Origin: Candidatus Omnitrophota bacterium
Lineage (GTDB): Bacteria > Omnitrophota > Gorgyraeia > Zapsychrales > JANLHA01
Assembly: GCA_020632555.1 (NCBI GenBank)
Contig: JACKFI010000008.1
Span: 638-64,637, forward strand
Direction of reading: 5' to 3'
Length of the DNA: 64,000 nucleotides
In this document: positions 36,750 through 45,338 of the stretch, in pieces
Layout of the letters: the number at the start of each line of letters is the position of its first letter
Position numbering within the stretch: position 1 is the stretch's first letter
The notes under the pieces: model-generated
Databases searched by the model: none
What the model saw: only the letters and a program-made list of their open reading frames with translations
Told to the model about the DNA's origin: nothing
Program-made: the position numbers and the translations under genes

Positions 36750-38458
36750 CGGATATTTTAAAACACAGGCATATTCGTTTAGGCGAAATTCTGATCGCCG
36801 AGAAATTAATAACTGAAGATGATTTGCAGGCTGCTTTAAAGGAACAAGAACGATCTGGCGGCGGGTTAGCTGAGGTGTTGTTGCGGACAAAATTTCAGCA
36901 GCAGCCGCAGGTGCTTTATCGTGTTTTAGCTAAACAGCTGCGTGTTGATTTTGTGGATTGTGCCGCTATTGAAATTCCGCCGACAGTGGTGTCAGCTATT
37001 TCTGCGCAAGCAGCTTTGTATTTTAAAGTCTTGCCGATTGAATTTCAAAATGATGAATTGGTGATCGCGACGTCTGATCCGGCGAATGTTGATAAGCTCG
37101 ACGGATTGACAAGTATTGTTGGCAAACGCATTCGTTTTGTTTTGGCCATTGAAGCGGATATTCTCGATGGCATTCGTCAGTATTATGGCTTGGGCGCGGA
37201 AACTATCGCGCGCATGTTAGAAGGTAAAGAGACTGTTGTAGCAGCTGCTGAACCGGTCATTGAAGACATTTCTGATGTTAATAGTGAGGCGTCGATTGCT
37301 CGTTTTGTTAATCAGGTTTTGCTGGAAGCATGTCGCAATCGCGCGACGGATATTCATTTTGAACCATATGAAAATGATTTGCGGGTCCGGTATCGTATTG
37401 ATGGTGTTTTGCATGACGCGCCGGTTCCGGCAGAAATCAGGCATTTTAAAGATGCGATTAATTCACGAATTAAAATTCTGTCGCGTTTAAATATTGCCGA
37501 AAAACGTCTTCCGCAGGATGGACGTTTTAATGTGTTGGCTGGAAAACAGACTTTGGATTTGCGCATTTCATTTTTGCCGACGGCTTGGGGTGAAAGTTTG
37601 GTTTTGCGTATTTTAGAGCATGATCGTTTGCGGGATTTATCGGAGTTGGGTTTTGCCCCGCATGATTTAGCTATTTTAGAAAAGTTGTTGCAAGTGCCAC
37701 ATGGTCTTATTTTTGTTACCGGTCCAACAGGAAGCGGTAAAACCACCACGCTGTATTCGTGTTTGTCGCGGTTAAATCGTCCGGAACATAAAATTATTAC
37801 TATTGAGGACCCTATTGAAGTTCAATTGAAAGGAATTTCGCAAATTCAAGTTAATCCGGCTATTGGGTTAACGTTTAGTCATGGTTTGCGTTCTATTTTG
37901 CGGCATGATCCCGATATTATGATGGTCGGAGAAGTTCGTGACCGGGAAACGGCTGAGATTGCCGTACAGGTGGCTTTAACCGGGCATTTGGTGTTTTCCA
38001 GTATCCATACCAATGATGCATCATCAGGTGCCGCTCGTCTTATTGATATTGGTTGTGAACCGTATTTGATTTCAAGTTCAGTAATATGTTTTATTGCTCA
38101 GCGACTGGTGCGGGTTTTGTGTCCGTCTTGCAAGAAGCCCAGCAGTTTAAATGAAGAGTTGGCGGCAGATTTTGGTTTAAAACCAGCCGACATTAAGGCA
38201 ATACAATTTTTCGCATCGACAGGATGTGAACTTTGTCAAATGACAGGTTTTCGTGGACGAATCGCGATTTATGAATTTCTTCTTGTAACCAATGATATTC
38301 GTCAGTTGATTCAGGCGCGTGCCTCCGCACAGGATATTCGGCGGCAAGCTTTAAAGCAAGGGATGATTCCTTTGCGGCAAACAGGTTGGCAAAAAGTGTG
38401 TCAAGGTTTGACAACTCCAGAAGAAGTTTTGCGGGTGACTCGAGATGAGGCGATGTAG
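36746..38458 (+). CDS. gspE: GspE/PilB-type secretion ATPase with N-terminal MshEN (T2SSE_N) domain
   Basis: 570 aa with an ATGA overlap upstream. Walker A GPTGSGKTTT, Asp box ITIEDPIE, Walker B IMMVGEVRD, His box, tetracysteine CPSC...CELC. N-terminal RLGEILIAEKLITEDDLQAALKEQ. Confidence 0.9.
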   Translation: MTDILKHRHIRLGEILIAEKLITEDDLQAALKEQERSGGGLAEVLLRTKFQQQPQVLYRVLAKQLRVDFVDCAAIEIPPTVVSAISAQAALYFKVLPIEFQNDELVIATSDPANVDKLDGLTSIVGKRIRFVLAIEADILDGIRQYYGLGAETIARMLEGKETVVAAAEPVIEDISDVNSEASIARFVNQVLLEACRNRATDIHFEPYENDLRVRYRIDGVLHDAPVPAEIRHFKDAINSRIKILSRLNIAEKRLPQDGRFNVLAGKQTLDLRISFLPTAWGESLVLRILEHDRLRDLSELGFAPHDLAILEKLLQVPHGLIFVTGPTGSGKTTTLYSCLSRLNRPEHKIITIEDPIEVQLKGISQIQVNPAIGLTFSHGLRSILRHDPDIMMVGEVRDRETAEIAVQVALTGHLVFSSIHTNDASSGAARLIDIGCEPYLISSSVICFIAQRLVRVLCPSCKKPSSLNEELAADFGLKPADIKAIQFFASTGCELCQMTGFRGRIAIYEFLLVTNDIRQLIQARASAQDIRRQALKQGMIPLRQTGWQKVCQGLTTPEEVLRVTRDEAM

Positions 38459-38479
38459 AGTCAGGATGCAGAGGTTTTT

Positions 38480-39691
38480 ATGATGAGATTTTTTTATAAA
38501 GCGCGAGACGTTCAGGGAGTTTTGGTTGAAGGTCAGCTGGATGCGCAATCGCGCGCGGAAGCTGTTCAACAGATTTTGCGTGATAAATTAGTGCCGCTTG
38601 AAGTTGAAGGGCAAGAAGTCAAAAGTTCACAACGAACATCTGTATTGAATAAAGGGCGCGTTCGTTTAGAAGATTTGGCTGATTTTCTTCGACGGTTATC
38701 TGATTTGGTGGAAGCGGATCTTCCCTTGATTCGCGCTTTACAGATTGTTGAAAAACGAACGACGCGCGTGCTGTTGAAAGAAGCGATTGGTCGGATTTTG
38801 GTGAAAGTTTCGGATGGGTCGACTTTGTCGGCGGCTATTGCCGCGGAACCGCGAGTTTTTCCGGCATTTTGGCCGGGGTTGATTTATGCCGGAGAATTGA
38901 GCGGGCGGCTTAAACAAATCCTTTCGCGTTTGAGTCAATTGGTTGAAAAGGAATTGGAAACACGTTCACGATTGATCAGCGGCGCGATTTATCCTTTGAT
39001 TATTTTGATTGTTGGTATTTTGACTGTTTTTGCTTTATTGGTTTTTGCAGTTCCTCGATTGAGCGCGATGTTTGTTGAATTGGGGCAACAGTTGCCCTTG
39101 ATTACAAAGATTTTATTAGCCGTCAGTGCTTTTTTGGTTAAAACGTGGTGGATGTTTTTGGTGCTGGGTTTTGTCGTGGGTTTTTGGATTAAATTTTTAT
39201 TTTCGACGGCATCGGGGAAATTGATGTGTGAACGCTATTTATTGCGATTACCCTTTTGGGGTGAATTTATTAGTGTTGATGATATGGAACGTTTGGCGCG
39301 AACCATCGGGATTCTTTTAGAAAGCGGCGTTGAAACCGTGACAGCTTTAGATTGTGGGATGCAAACTGTCAAGCGTGAAACTTTTAAAGTTCATCTTAAA
39401 AGAGTGATTGAATCGGTTCGGCAGGGTGTGGGCTTAAGCGCGGCTTTTGCCCGCTCGCCGGTATTTTCAGAAGATATCGTTAATATGCTTAATGTCGGAG
39501 AGGAATCAGGACGAGGTTATCAAGGATTTTTGCAATGGGCGCAAGTGTGTGATCGTCGGTTGGAGCGGATGACAAAAATGGCCACGGCTTTGATTGAGCC
39601 GGCATTGATTCTTTTGATTGGGGGTATGGTTGGTTTTATTGTGATGGCGCTTTTGTTGCCGATTTTCCAAATGAGCATGGGGATGGGATAA
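38480..39691 (+). CDS. gspF: GspF/PilC inner-membrane platform protein
   Basis: 403 aa. Duplicated T2SSF architecture with 3 TM helices. ...AIYPLIILIVGILTVFALLVFAVP... and C-terminal LIEPALILLIGGMVGFIVMALLLPIFQM. Confidence 0.9.
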   Translation: MMRFFYKARDVQGVLVEGQLDAQSRAEAVQQILRDKLVPLEVEGQEVKSSQRTSVLNKGRVRLEDLADFLRRLSDLVEADLPLIRALQIVEKRTTRVLLKEAIGRILVKVSDGSTLSAAIAAEPRVFPAFWPGLIYAGELSGRLKQILSRLSQLVEKELETRSRLISGAIYPLIILIVGILTVFALLVFAVPRLSAMFVELGQQLPLITKILLAVSAFLVKTWWMFLVLGFVVGFWIKFLFSTASGKLMCERYLLRLPFWGEFISVDDMERLARTIGILLESGVETVTALDCGMQTVKRETFKVHLKRVIESVRQGVGLSAAFARSPVFSEDIVNMLNVGEESGRGYQGFLQWAQVCDRRLERMTKMATALIEPALILLIGGMVGFIVMALLLPIFQMSMGMG

Positions 39692-39697
39692 ATCGAG

Positions 39698-40129
39698 ATG
39701 AGTGCTTATCAAAGAAATTTTTTTGTGTTTTCGCTACATTGTTTTAAGCAGCAACGAGCCAGTTTTTTGTTAGAAGCTTTGCTGGCTGTTTTGATTCTTT
39801 CTGTTGGTTTGGTTGGTTTGATTCGGGGACTTTTGTCGTCACTTAACGCGGCCAAAGAGGCACAGGCTTATTCACGTGCGACCATTGTGGCGGATAATGC
39901 TTTGTTGGATGTGATACGACTTAACAGTGTCAAAACAACTTCGCCCGTACAGGTTGATTTACAGTCGGATCAACTTAAGGCGCAGATTGATGTGGTTGAA
40001 TCGGATAATATTTTTGTGCCTGGTATTTTGCGGGAAGCTCGCCTTATGATTAAATGGCCTGGGGCATTGCAAGATAAAAAACTCCAAGCTACAACTTTGA
40101 TATTTGGATCGCCTGATGAGAATAAATAG
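39698..40129 (+). CDS. GspI-like minor pseudopilin with non-canonical leader
   Basis: 143 aa. Hydrophobic pilin helix SFLLEALLAVLILSVGLVGL, with Glu at +5 if cleaved after Ala21. It is preceded by a 21-aa leader with no Gly at -1. C-terminal ...REARLMIKWPG... resembles GspI. Confidence 0.5.
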   Translation: MSAYQRNFFVFSLHCFKQQRASFLLEALLAVLILSVGLVGLIRGLLSSLNAAKEAQAYSRATIVADNALLDVIRLNSVKTTSPVQVDLQSDQLKAQIDVVESDNIFVPGILREARLMIKWPGALQDKKLQATTLIFGSPDENK

Positions 40130-40139
40130 GGGGCTTTTT

Positions 40140-40829
40140 ATGAACCGTCAGGGATTTACGCTTATTGAAGTTTTAATTTCAGTTATGATTATTGCTTTTA
40201 TGGCAGGAAGTCTTTATGCGACGTTTGCGGCGGGTTTAAAATTGGAGCGACGCGCGCGACAAAGTTTTCAAGATATTGGCGAGACGCGCTTGATTATTGA
40301 GCAATTGACTAGAGATTTTGGGAGAGTTGTTTACTATGATTTTACTGGATCATTTGCCGATAAAAAGAGTTTTGCAGTCGACGAGACACATTTGACTTTT
40401 GTTATTGATGATGCAGGACAGTTAAGATGGATTCGGTATTCGCTTGTTAGAGAAGATTTTGGAAAAGTCAAAACAACGCAATTGGGGATTACTTCTTCAC
40501 GTAATGTGGCCGTTTCGACGGTGTCGAGCACAGAAGATCACTTATTGACTCTGGTGCGTGAAGAAAATGATTTTTCCCCCGCTCTTTCATTAACGGATGA
40601 TTTTCAGGAAAGAGAAGTTTTGACAAAGCGGGTTGTGGATAAGGGATGGAATCTTTCTTTCGCGAGCACATTGGAAAGCCAGCCTAAAATGGAATGGCAA
40701 ACAGATTGGGCAAATGATTACATGCCGGCGGCGGTGCGCATGAGTTTGTCGATTCAATCAGCCAGCGGTGAGATAAAGAAAATTGTGCGGGATTTTATTC
40801 TGCCGGCAGGGGGGCGTCGTGAGTCGTAG
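40140..40829 (+). CDS. GspJ-like minor pseudopilin (prepilin-type N-terminal cleavage/methylation domain)
   Basis: The ORF track opens at 40104. ATG 40140 follows AGGGGG and gives MNRQG|FTLIEVLISVMIIAFMAG, a canonical prepilin signal. About 230 aa, GspJ-sized. Confidence 0.65.
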   Translation: MNRQGFTLIEVLISVMIIAFMAGSLYATFAAGLKLERRARQSFQDIGETRLIIEQLTRDFGRVVYYDFTGSFADKKSFAVDETHLTFVIDDAGQLRWIRYSLVREDFGKVKTTQLGITSSRNVAVSTVSSTEDHLLTLVREENDFSPALSLTDDFQEREVLTKRVVDKGWNLSFASTLESQPKMEWQTDWANDYMPAAVRMSLSIQSASGEIKKIVRDFILPAGGRRES

Positions 40830-41907
40830 AAATCATTCAAAATATATTTTTATTAATCAGACTGGATCGATTTTGATTGTATCTGTGTGGATGTTGGCTT
40901 TACTTTTTTTGTTAACCATTGGCTTGGGCCGCCGGGTTAATCAAGAGTTGATATATGTAAAATACTCTTTGCAGAAAATGCAAGCGCGTTATTTGGCTTG
41001 GGCTGGCTTTCATTATGCTTTAGAACAGATTCGGGAAGATATGCAAGATGACACAAGCAAACTTTTTGATAATAATTTTGCATGTGGTGTTCATTTAACA
41101 GAGGGGCAGTCAGCGGAAGATATTTTTAAGAGTACGGCATTAAGTACAGGAAGTTTTGAGATTGCAAGGCAAAAAATAGATGGAGAGAATGTTGAAACAC
41201 ACTTTGGGTTTAGCGATGAAGATGGTAAGGTAAATTTGAATGCGTTAAATTTACAAAATTATGGCATTTTAAAAGAGCTTTTTGTCACAGTTGGGGTTGC
41301 TGAAGCAGAAGCTTTGCGACTTGCCGTGGCAGTAGTGGATTGGCAGGATGAGGATACGGTTCCGGTTTTGAAACAGTCGCAAAGTGAAGAAGGTCCTTTT
41401 GGATGGAACCAAAAAAAAATACCGGCAAAGAATAGACCATTTGATCATCGTTTTGAGTTGATGTTTATTGATGGTATGACGCCAGAAATTTATCAAAAGG
41501 TTGAAAATTTGATAACTGTTTTTCCCCGTCGTTCGCAAGGATTGAAAATCAATTTAGCTACAGCTTCACAAGAGGTGATTAGGGCTTTGACAAGAAATTT
41601 CTCAGGACCATTGACGAATACTTCTGCGGTGGATGCTGAAAGTTTAGCGGCTAAAATTCTGGTTTCACGAATGGGGGCGGATCAAGTCGAAGGAACTCAG
41701 GATGATCCGGTTTTGAATGAACAAGAATTGGGCTTGACAGCGCCTGAGGCTAATATTTTCCGGGCGATGGGGCCTGTGCGAACATTAACATCGCGGTTTT
41801 TGGTGGCGCATGTTACAGGATTGGACGCGACTGGTCAGCGCAGAAGCCATATTGATGCGGTGATTGATCGTGATAGTTTAACCGTAGTGTCATGGAAAGC
41901 GGATTAG
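40819..41907 (+). CDS. gspK: GspK-like minor pseudopilin
   Basis: GTG 40819 follows GCAGGGGGG and overlaps the upstream stop. GSILIVSVWMLALLFLLTIGL, FSDEDGKVNLNAL and ELMFIDGMTPEIYQKVENLITVF are T2SS-K type blocks. Confidence 0.7.
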   Translation: MSRRNHSKYIFINQTGSILIVSVWMLALLFLLTIGLGRRVNQELIYVKYSLQKMQARYLAWAGFHYALEQIREDMQDDTSKLFDNNFACGVHLTEGQSAEDIFKSTALSTGSFEIARQKIDGENVETHFGFSDEDGKVNLNALNLQNYGILKELFVTVGVAEAEALRLAVAVVDWQDEDTVPVLKQSQSEEGPFGWNQKKIPAKNRPFDHRFELMFIDGMTPEIYQKVENLITVFPRRSQGLKINLATASQEVIRALTRNFSGPLTNTSAVDAESLAAKILVSRMGADQVEGTQDDPVLNEQELGLTAPEANIFRAMGPVRTLTSRFLVAHVTGLDATGQRRSHIDAVIDRDSLTVVSWKAD

Positions 41908-43343
41908 GCATGTTGGCATTAAGCAAAAAATTGATCACAGTGATATCTGTGGGGCCGTCGCGGGTGACCGTTGCGCAGGGATCTGGTTTGAAGCTTGATT
42001 TTTTTGCTGGCGCCGATGTGGTTTGGTCCGATGAACAAAAATCTCGGGATGCTTTGCTAACGCTTATGCCATTGAAACGTCGGCGGCATGTGCGGGAATT
42101 GTGCGTGGTTTTGCCGCGGGCGATGTTTTTTACTAAATTGATTCATTTGCCTTCTGTTGATGAACAAGAAATACGCAAGATGGCTGCTTTACAAATTGGT
42201 CAATTGTTACCTTATGCTCAAGAGCAAGCTGTTTGGGATTGTATTGTTTGCGGGCAAACAGATTTGGTCAGTGATGTCTTGATTGTGGCGGCACAGCGTG
42301 AAGCGGTAATGAAGTATTTGCGTGTTCTTTTATCGGCAGGTTTGTCGCCGACATTTGTCACTTTAAGCTCTCAGGTTTTGGCTAACCTTTTGGGTACAGG
42401 AGATTTAACGGATCATAGGGTTTTGTTTTTCTTGGATGAGCGCTCAACTGAAATTTGTTTTTGTTTGAATGGAAGATTTTATTCTTCGCGCGGGATTATT
42501 TATGGCGCCAAAGATTTGACCGATGGAAATTTTACCGATTTTTGGGCACAAGTGCGATTGACGTTTGCTTCACAACGCAAGAATTTCCCGCAATATGCTG
42601 CTCCGTCGGGATTATGCCTGACGCGATTTATGGATAATTTGCCATCAGGGTTTTTAGAACATTTGATACAGGAGTCTGGTATTGCATGGGATTATTTTTC
42701 TTTTGATGATTTTAAAAAGAAATTGGGTGCATTTTCATTGTCAAGTCAACAAATCGTGGATGTTGATGTTTTGATGGTTTTAGCGATTTTGCGACAAAAT
42801 ATTAGGAATATGAATAATTTTTTGCCCAAGGATTTTAGAGATCGACATAGTGTTAAGGCGGGTCGCAAGAATGCGATGGTGTTGATTTTTTTCATCCTAA
42901 TGAGTGTTTTGACTATGACTTTATCTGTGGGTGCTCCGGTTGTGAAAAAAACCCAACAGTTGCAATTATTAAATGAAGAACTAGAGCGGGTTAAGAATCC
43001 GTTTTTGCAATTGCGTAAAGAACAAGAACTTTGGACAGCTGTAAAGAGTAGTTTGCAAAAACATGCTGCGCCTTTGTCTGTGATCCAAGAGCTTTATCGG
43101 ATTATTCCACAAGGAATTTCTTTTTCAAAGATTCGTATTGGTTCACAGAATGAATTTCAGTTGGAAGGTCAGGCTTTGCAATCGGCGGCTGTTAATGAGT
43201 TGCAGGAAAAAATGATGGCGGGCAGGTTATTGCGGGATGTGCGACTTGATCATACTGTTCGTCGGGCAAGTTCACAGGGGGAAGTTATTTGGTTTGTCAT
43301 TTCAGCTAAGGTCCGGGACATTGGAGGAGATCAAGGTGAATGA
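41892..43343 (+). CDS. GspL-like assembly protein (PilM-like actin-fold N-domain + TM + PilN-like C-domain)
   Basis: 483 aa. PilM-like ...VLPRAMFFTKLIHLPSVDEQEIRKMAALQIGQLLPYAQEQAVWDCIV. Single TM AMVLIFFILMSVLTMTLSV. The periplasmic coiled-coil/ferredoxin-like tail is PilN/GspL-like. Confidence 0.6.
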   Translation: MESGLGMLALSKKLITVISVGPSRVTVAQGSGLKLDFFAGADVVWSDEQKSRDALLTLMPLKRRRHVRELCVVLPRAMFFTKLIHLPSVDEQEIRKMAALQIGQLLPYAQEQAVWDCIVCGQTDLVSDVLIVAAQREAVMKYLRVLLSAGLSPTFVTLSSQVLANLLGTGDLTDHRVLFFLDERSTEICFCLNGRFYSSRGIIYGAKDLTDGNFTDFWAQVRLTFASQRKNFPQYAAPSGLCLTRFMDNLPSGFLEHLIQESGIAWDYFSFDDFKKKLGAFSLSSQQIVDVDVLMVLAILRQNIRNMNNFLPKDFRDRHSVKAGRKNAMVLIFFILMSVLTMTLSVGAPVVKKTQQLQLLNEELERVKNPFLQLRKEQELWTAVKSSLQKHAAPLSVIQELYRIIPQGISFSKIRIGSQNEFQLEGQALQSAAVNELQEKMMAGRLLRDVRLDHTVRRASSQGEVIWFVISAKVRDIGGDQGE

Positions 43344-43893
43344 CCGTAAGACAGTCTTAAAGAGTAGAGAAAAAGTCATGATGGTTGCCGCCGGGGTAGC
43401 TGTTTTTTCTTTATTGTGGACATATATTATTGTGCGCCCGATTCAAAATTATGAGCATGACATTGATGTGAATTTGAAGTCTAAGAATTTGAAATTGTTG
43501 GAAGCAAAAAAAGCTCTTTTGGAGACATCTGTAAATTCTGCGGTGAAGAATTTTTTGCAAAAGTTCTCTGCGCAAGGTTCAGCTCAGGAAGAAATGTCGC
43601 GTTTGATTAAAGATATTGAGATGGTAGCAACGCGATCCGGCTTGCGTGTTATTGAGATCAAGCCTCAGCCGCGCTTACAAAATGCAGGCTGGTTTGAATT
43701 AAAAGTTAATATTTCGTTTGAAGGTTCTTGGGATGACATTGTTGGTTTTTTATATCAGCTCGAGCAAGATGATAATCCGTTTTTGGTTAATGAAATGACT
43801 TTGGAAATGATTGTGGCGCAACAAACCATGGTTCGTGGAAAACTTGAGATTGAGCGACTGTTTGTTGTGAAATCAGAAAATCTTGGTCCGTGA
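43336..43893 (+). CDS. GspM/PilO-like assembly protein
   Basis: The ORF track opens at 43237. GTG 43336 follows GGAGGA and overlaps the upstream stop. One TM, a coiled coil, then SGLRVIEIKPQPRLQNAGWFELKVNISFEGSWDDIVGFLYQLEQDDNPFLVNEMTLE (PilO-type). Confidence 0.6.
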   Translation: MNDRKTVLKSREKVMMVAAGVAVFSLLWTYIIVRPIQNYEHDIDVNLKSKNLKLLEAKKALLETSVNSAVKNFLQKFSAQGSAQEEMSRLIKDIEMVATRSGLRVIEIKPQPRLQNAGWFELKVNISFEGSWDDIVGFLYQLEQDDNPFLVNEMTLEMIVAQQTMVRGKLEIERLFVVKSENLGP

Positions 43894-43941
43894 AGCTATC
43901 TTTTTGTTTTCTTAGAAAAATGTTGGTTTGAGTTTAAAATT

Positions 43942-44793
43942 ATGCTGCGCAAAAGAAATATAAAAAAGGTTCTGACCTTAGAATTAAAAATTGCTTTAGT
44001 GATTGTTGTTCTGGTGGTGTATTTTCATGATTTTATTAGGCAATATATTAAGCCGCCAGTTATGGAGTATGTGAGCACTCACATTGATTTTTTGAAGCTG
44101 GTGATTTTTTGTGTTTTTGTCTTTTGTTCTTTGTCTTTAATCCTGATTGTTTGGCTATTGGAGTGGGGTGATAAGAAACAGCAGTCGGTGGTTACAAAAT
44201 ATGTGAGCCAATTGGTGTGCAGTAATTATTATGGAGATTATCGCAAGACGAATGTCTACCAAGCAATCAAAACGTGTTTGAGCAAATTTTCACGTGATGG
44301 GGCACAGGAAGAGGATCAGCCGCAGGTGGTTCAAGATCCTAGACGACGTTTTGCGCGACGTCAGGTGGATTCAAAACGTTTTGCGCAAAGAACATTTCCT
44401 TGGGAAGAGAAAGACGCGCAGTCAAGAGAGAAGAGAGCTGATGGGGTCCATCAAACGTTTTATAAAAATGGCCGATTAGAAAAAGAAATCAGTTATAAGA
44501 ACAATGTTTTGGATGGTGTTTTTAAAACTTATTATGATGATGGCCGTTTACATCAAGAGGGATGTTATAAAGAAGGAAAGTTGGATGGTGTTTATAAGGC
44601 TTATGATGAGGATGGCATTTTATATTTTGATATGAATTATCGGCAAGGCAAACAAGATGGTATCACAAATATGTATTTTAAAAATGGTGTTTTGCAGTAT
44701 CGCGATACTTTCAAGAATGGCAAAAGAGTTTTTCGGGAAACATACAGCGAAGTTGGCGATTTATTGTTTCGCCAGAAAGAGATTATTTCCTAG
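43942..44793 (+). CDS. Membrane-anchored MORN-repeat (YwqK-like) protein
   Basis: 283 aa with two N-terminal TM helices. C-terminal repeats YKNGRLEKEISYKNNVLDGVFKTYYDDGRLHQEGCYKEGKLDGVYKAYDEDGILYFDMNYRQGKQDGI. Confidence 0.6.
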   Translation: MLRKRNIKKVLTLELKIALVIVVLVVYFHDFIRQYIKPPVMEYVSTHIDFLKLVIFCVFVFCSLSLILIVWLLEWGDKKQQSVVTKYVSQLVCSNYYGDYRKTNVYQAIKTCLSKFSRDGAQEEDQPQVVQDPRRRFARRQVDSKRFAQRTFPWEEKDAQSREKRADGVHQTFYKNGRLEKEISYKNNVLDGVFKTYYDDGRLHQEGCYKEGKLDGVYKAYDEDGILYFDMNYRQGKQDGITNMYFKNGVLQYRDTFKNGKRVFRETYSEVGDLLFRQKEIIS

Positions 44794-44822
44794 GCAACAG
44801 TTTTTTTTCTAAATTTGTGATT

Positions 44823-45338
44823 TTATTGTATGGGTGTATTTTGCATTTTCTGGGCGGTGATTCTGAGTATTTCTTGCATGGTGGGGTTTTGAATTAATTT
44901 TTGCACGTCGGGGTTGTTTTGAACTTGCTGGGGATCCATGGATAAAGCAGCTTGCATTAATGTCGGGTTTTGCAATATTTCTGTAACAGAGGGGTCTTCG
45001 GCTAATTTTTGCAGCAAAGCAATGATTTGGGGATCTTGCAGCATATTTGCTTTAATCGTATTGATCGCGCTGGTGGATAATGTTCCGTGTTCAGTGGTGA
45101 GGTTATTCATTGTGGGAACAACATTGGCTGCGTTAATGCTGACAATTTGTCCAGCCGGTATTTTCACTTGACCCATGGTTTTGCTCTCGATGGTGTAAGT
45201 TCCGTTGGTGACGTTGGAAAGAAAGCCCTTGATGGATGTTCCGTCTTTGAGCACAATGGTTTGTTCTGGTTGTTGCGCAAAGGACGGGGTGGTAAAGATC
45301 ACTGTGAGAAAAGCTATCGCAAGAAAAGTTTTTTTCAT
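44823..45338 (-). CDS. Secreted protein with STI1/DP-like helical repeats
   Basis: 171 aa with signal peptide MKKTFLAIAFLTVIFTTPSFA. C-terminal MLQDPQIIALLQKLAEDPSVTEILQNPTLMQAALSMDPQQVQNNPDVQKLIQNPTMQEIL. Confidence 0.5.
   Translation of the reverse strand: MKKTFLAIAFLTVIFTTPSFAQQPEQTIVLKDGTSIKGFLSNVTNGTYTIESKTMGQVKIPAGQIVSINAANVVPTMNNLTTEHGTLSTSAINTIKANMLQDPQIIALLQKLAEDPSVTEILQNPTLMQAALSMDPQQVQNNPDVQKLIQNPTMQEILRITAQKMQNTPIQ

Noticed and set aside
37354-37749. 131-aa minus-strand ORF within gspE
   Set aside because: It lies antisense to the conserved ATPase core (Walker A region) and has no independent signals.
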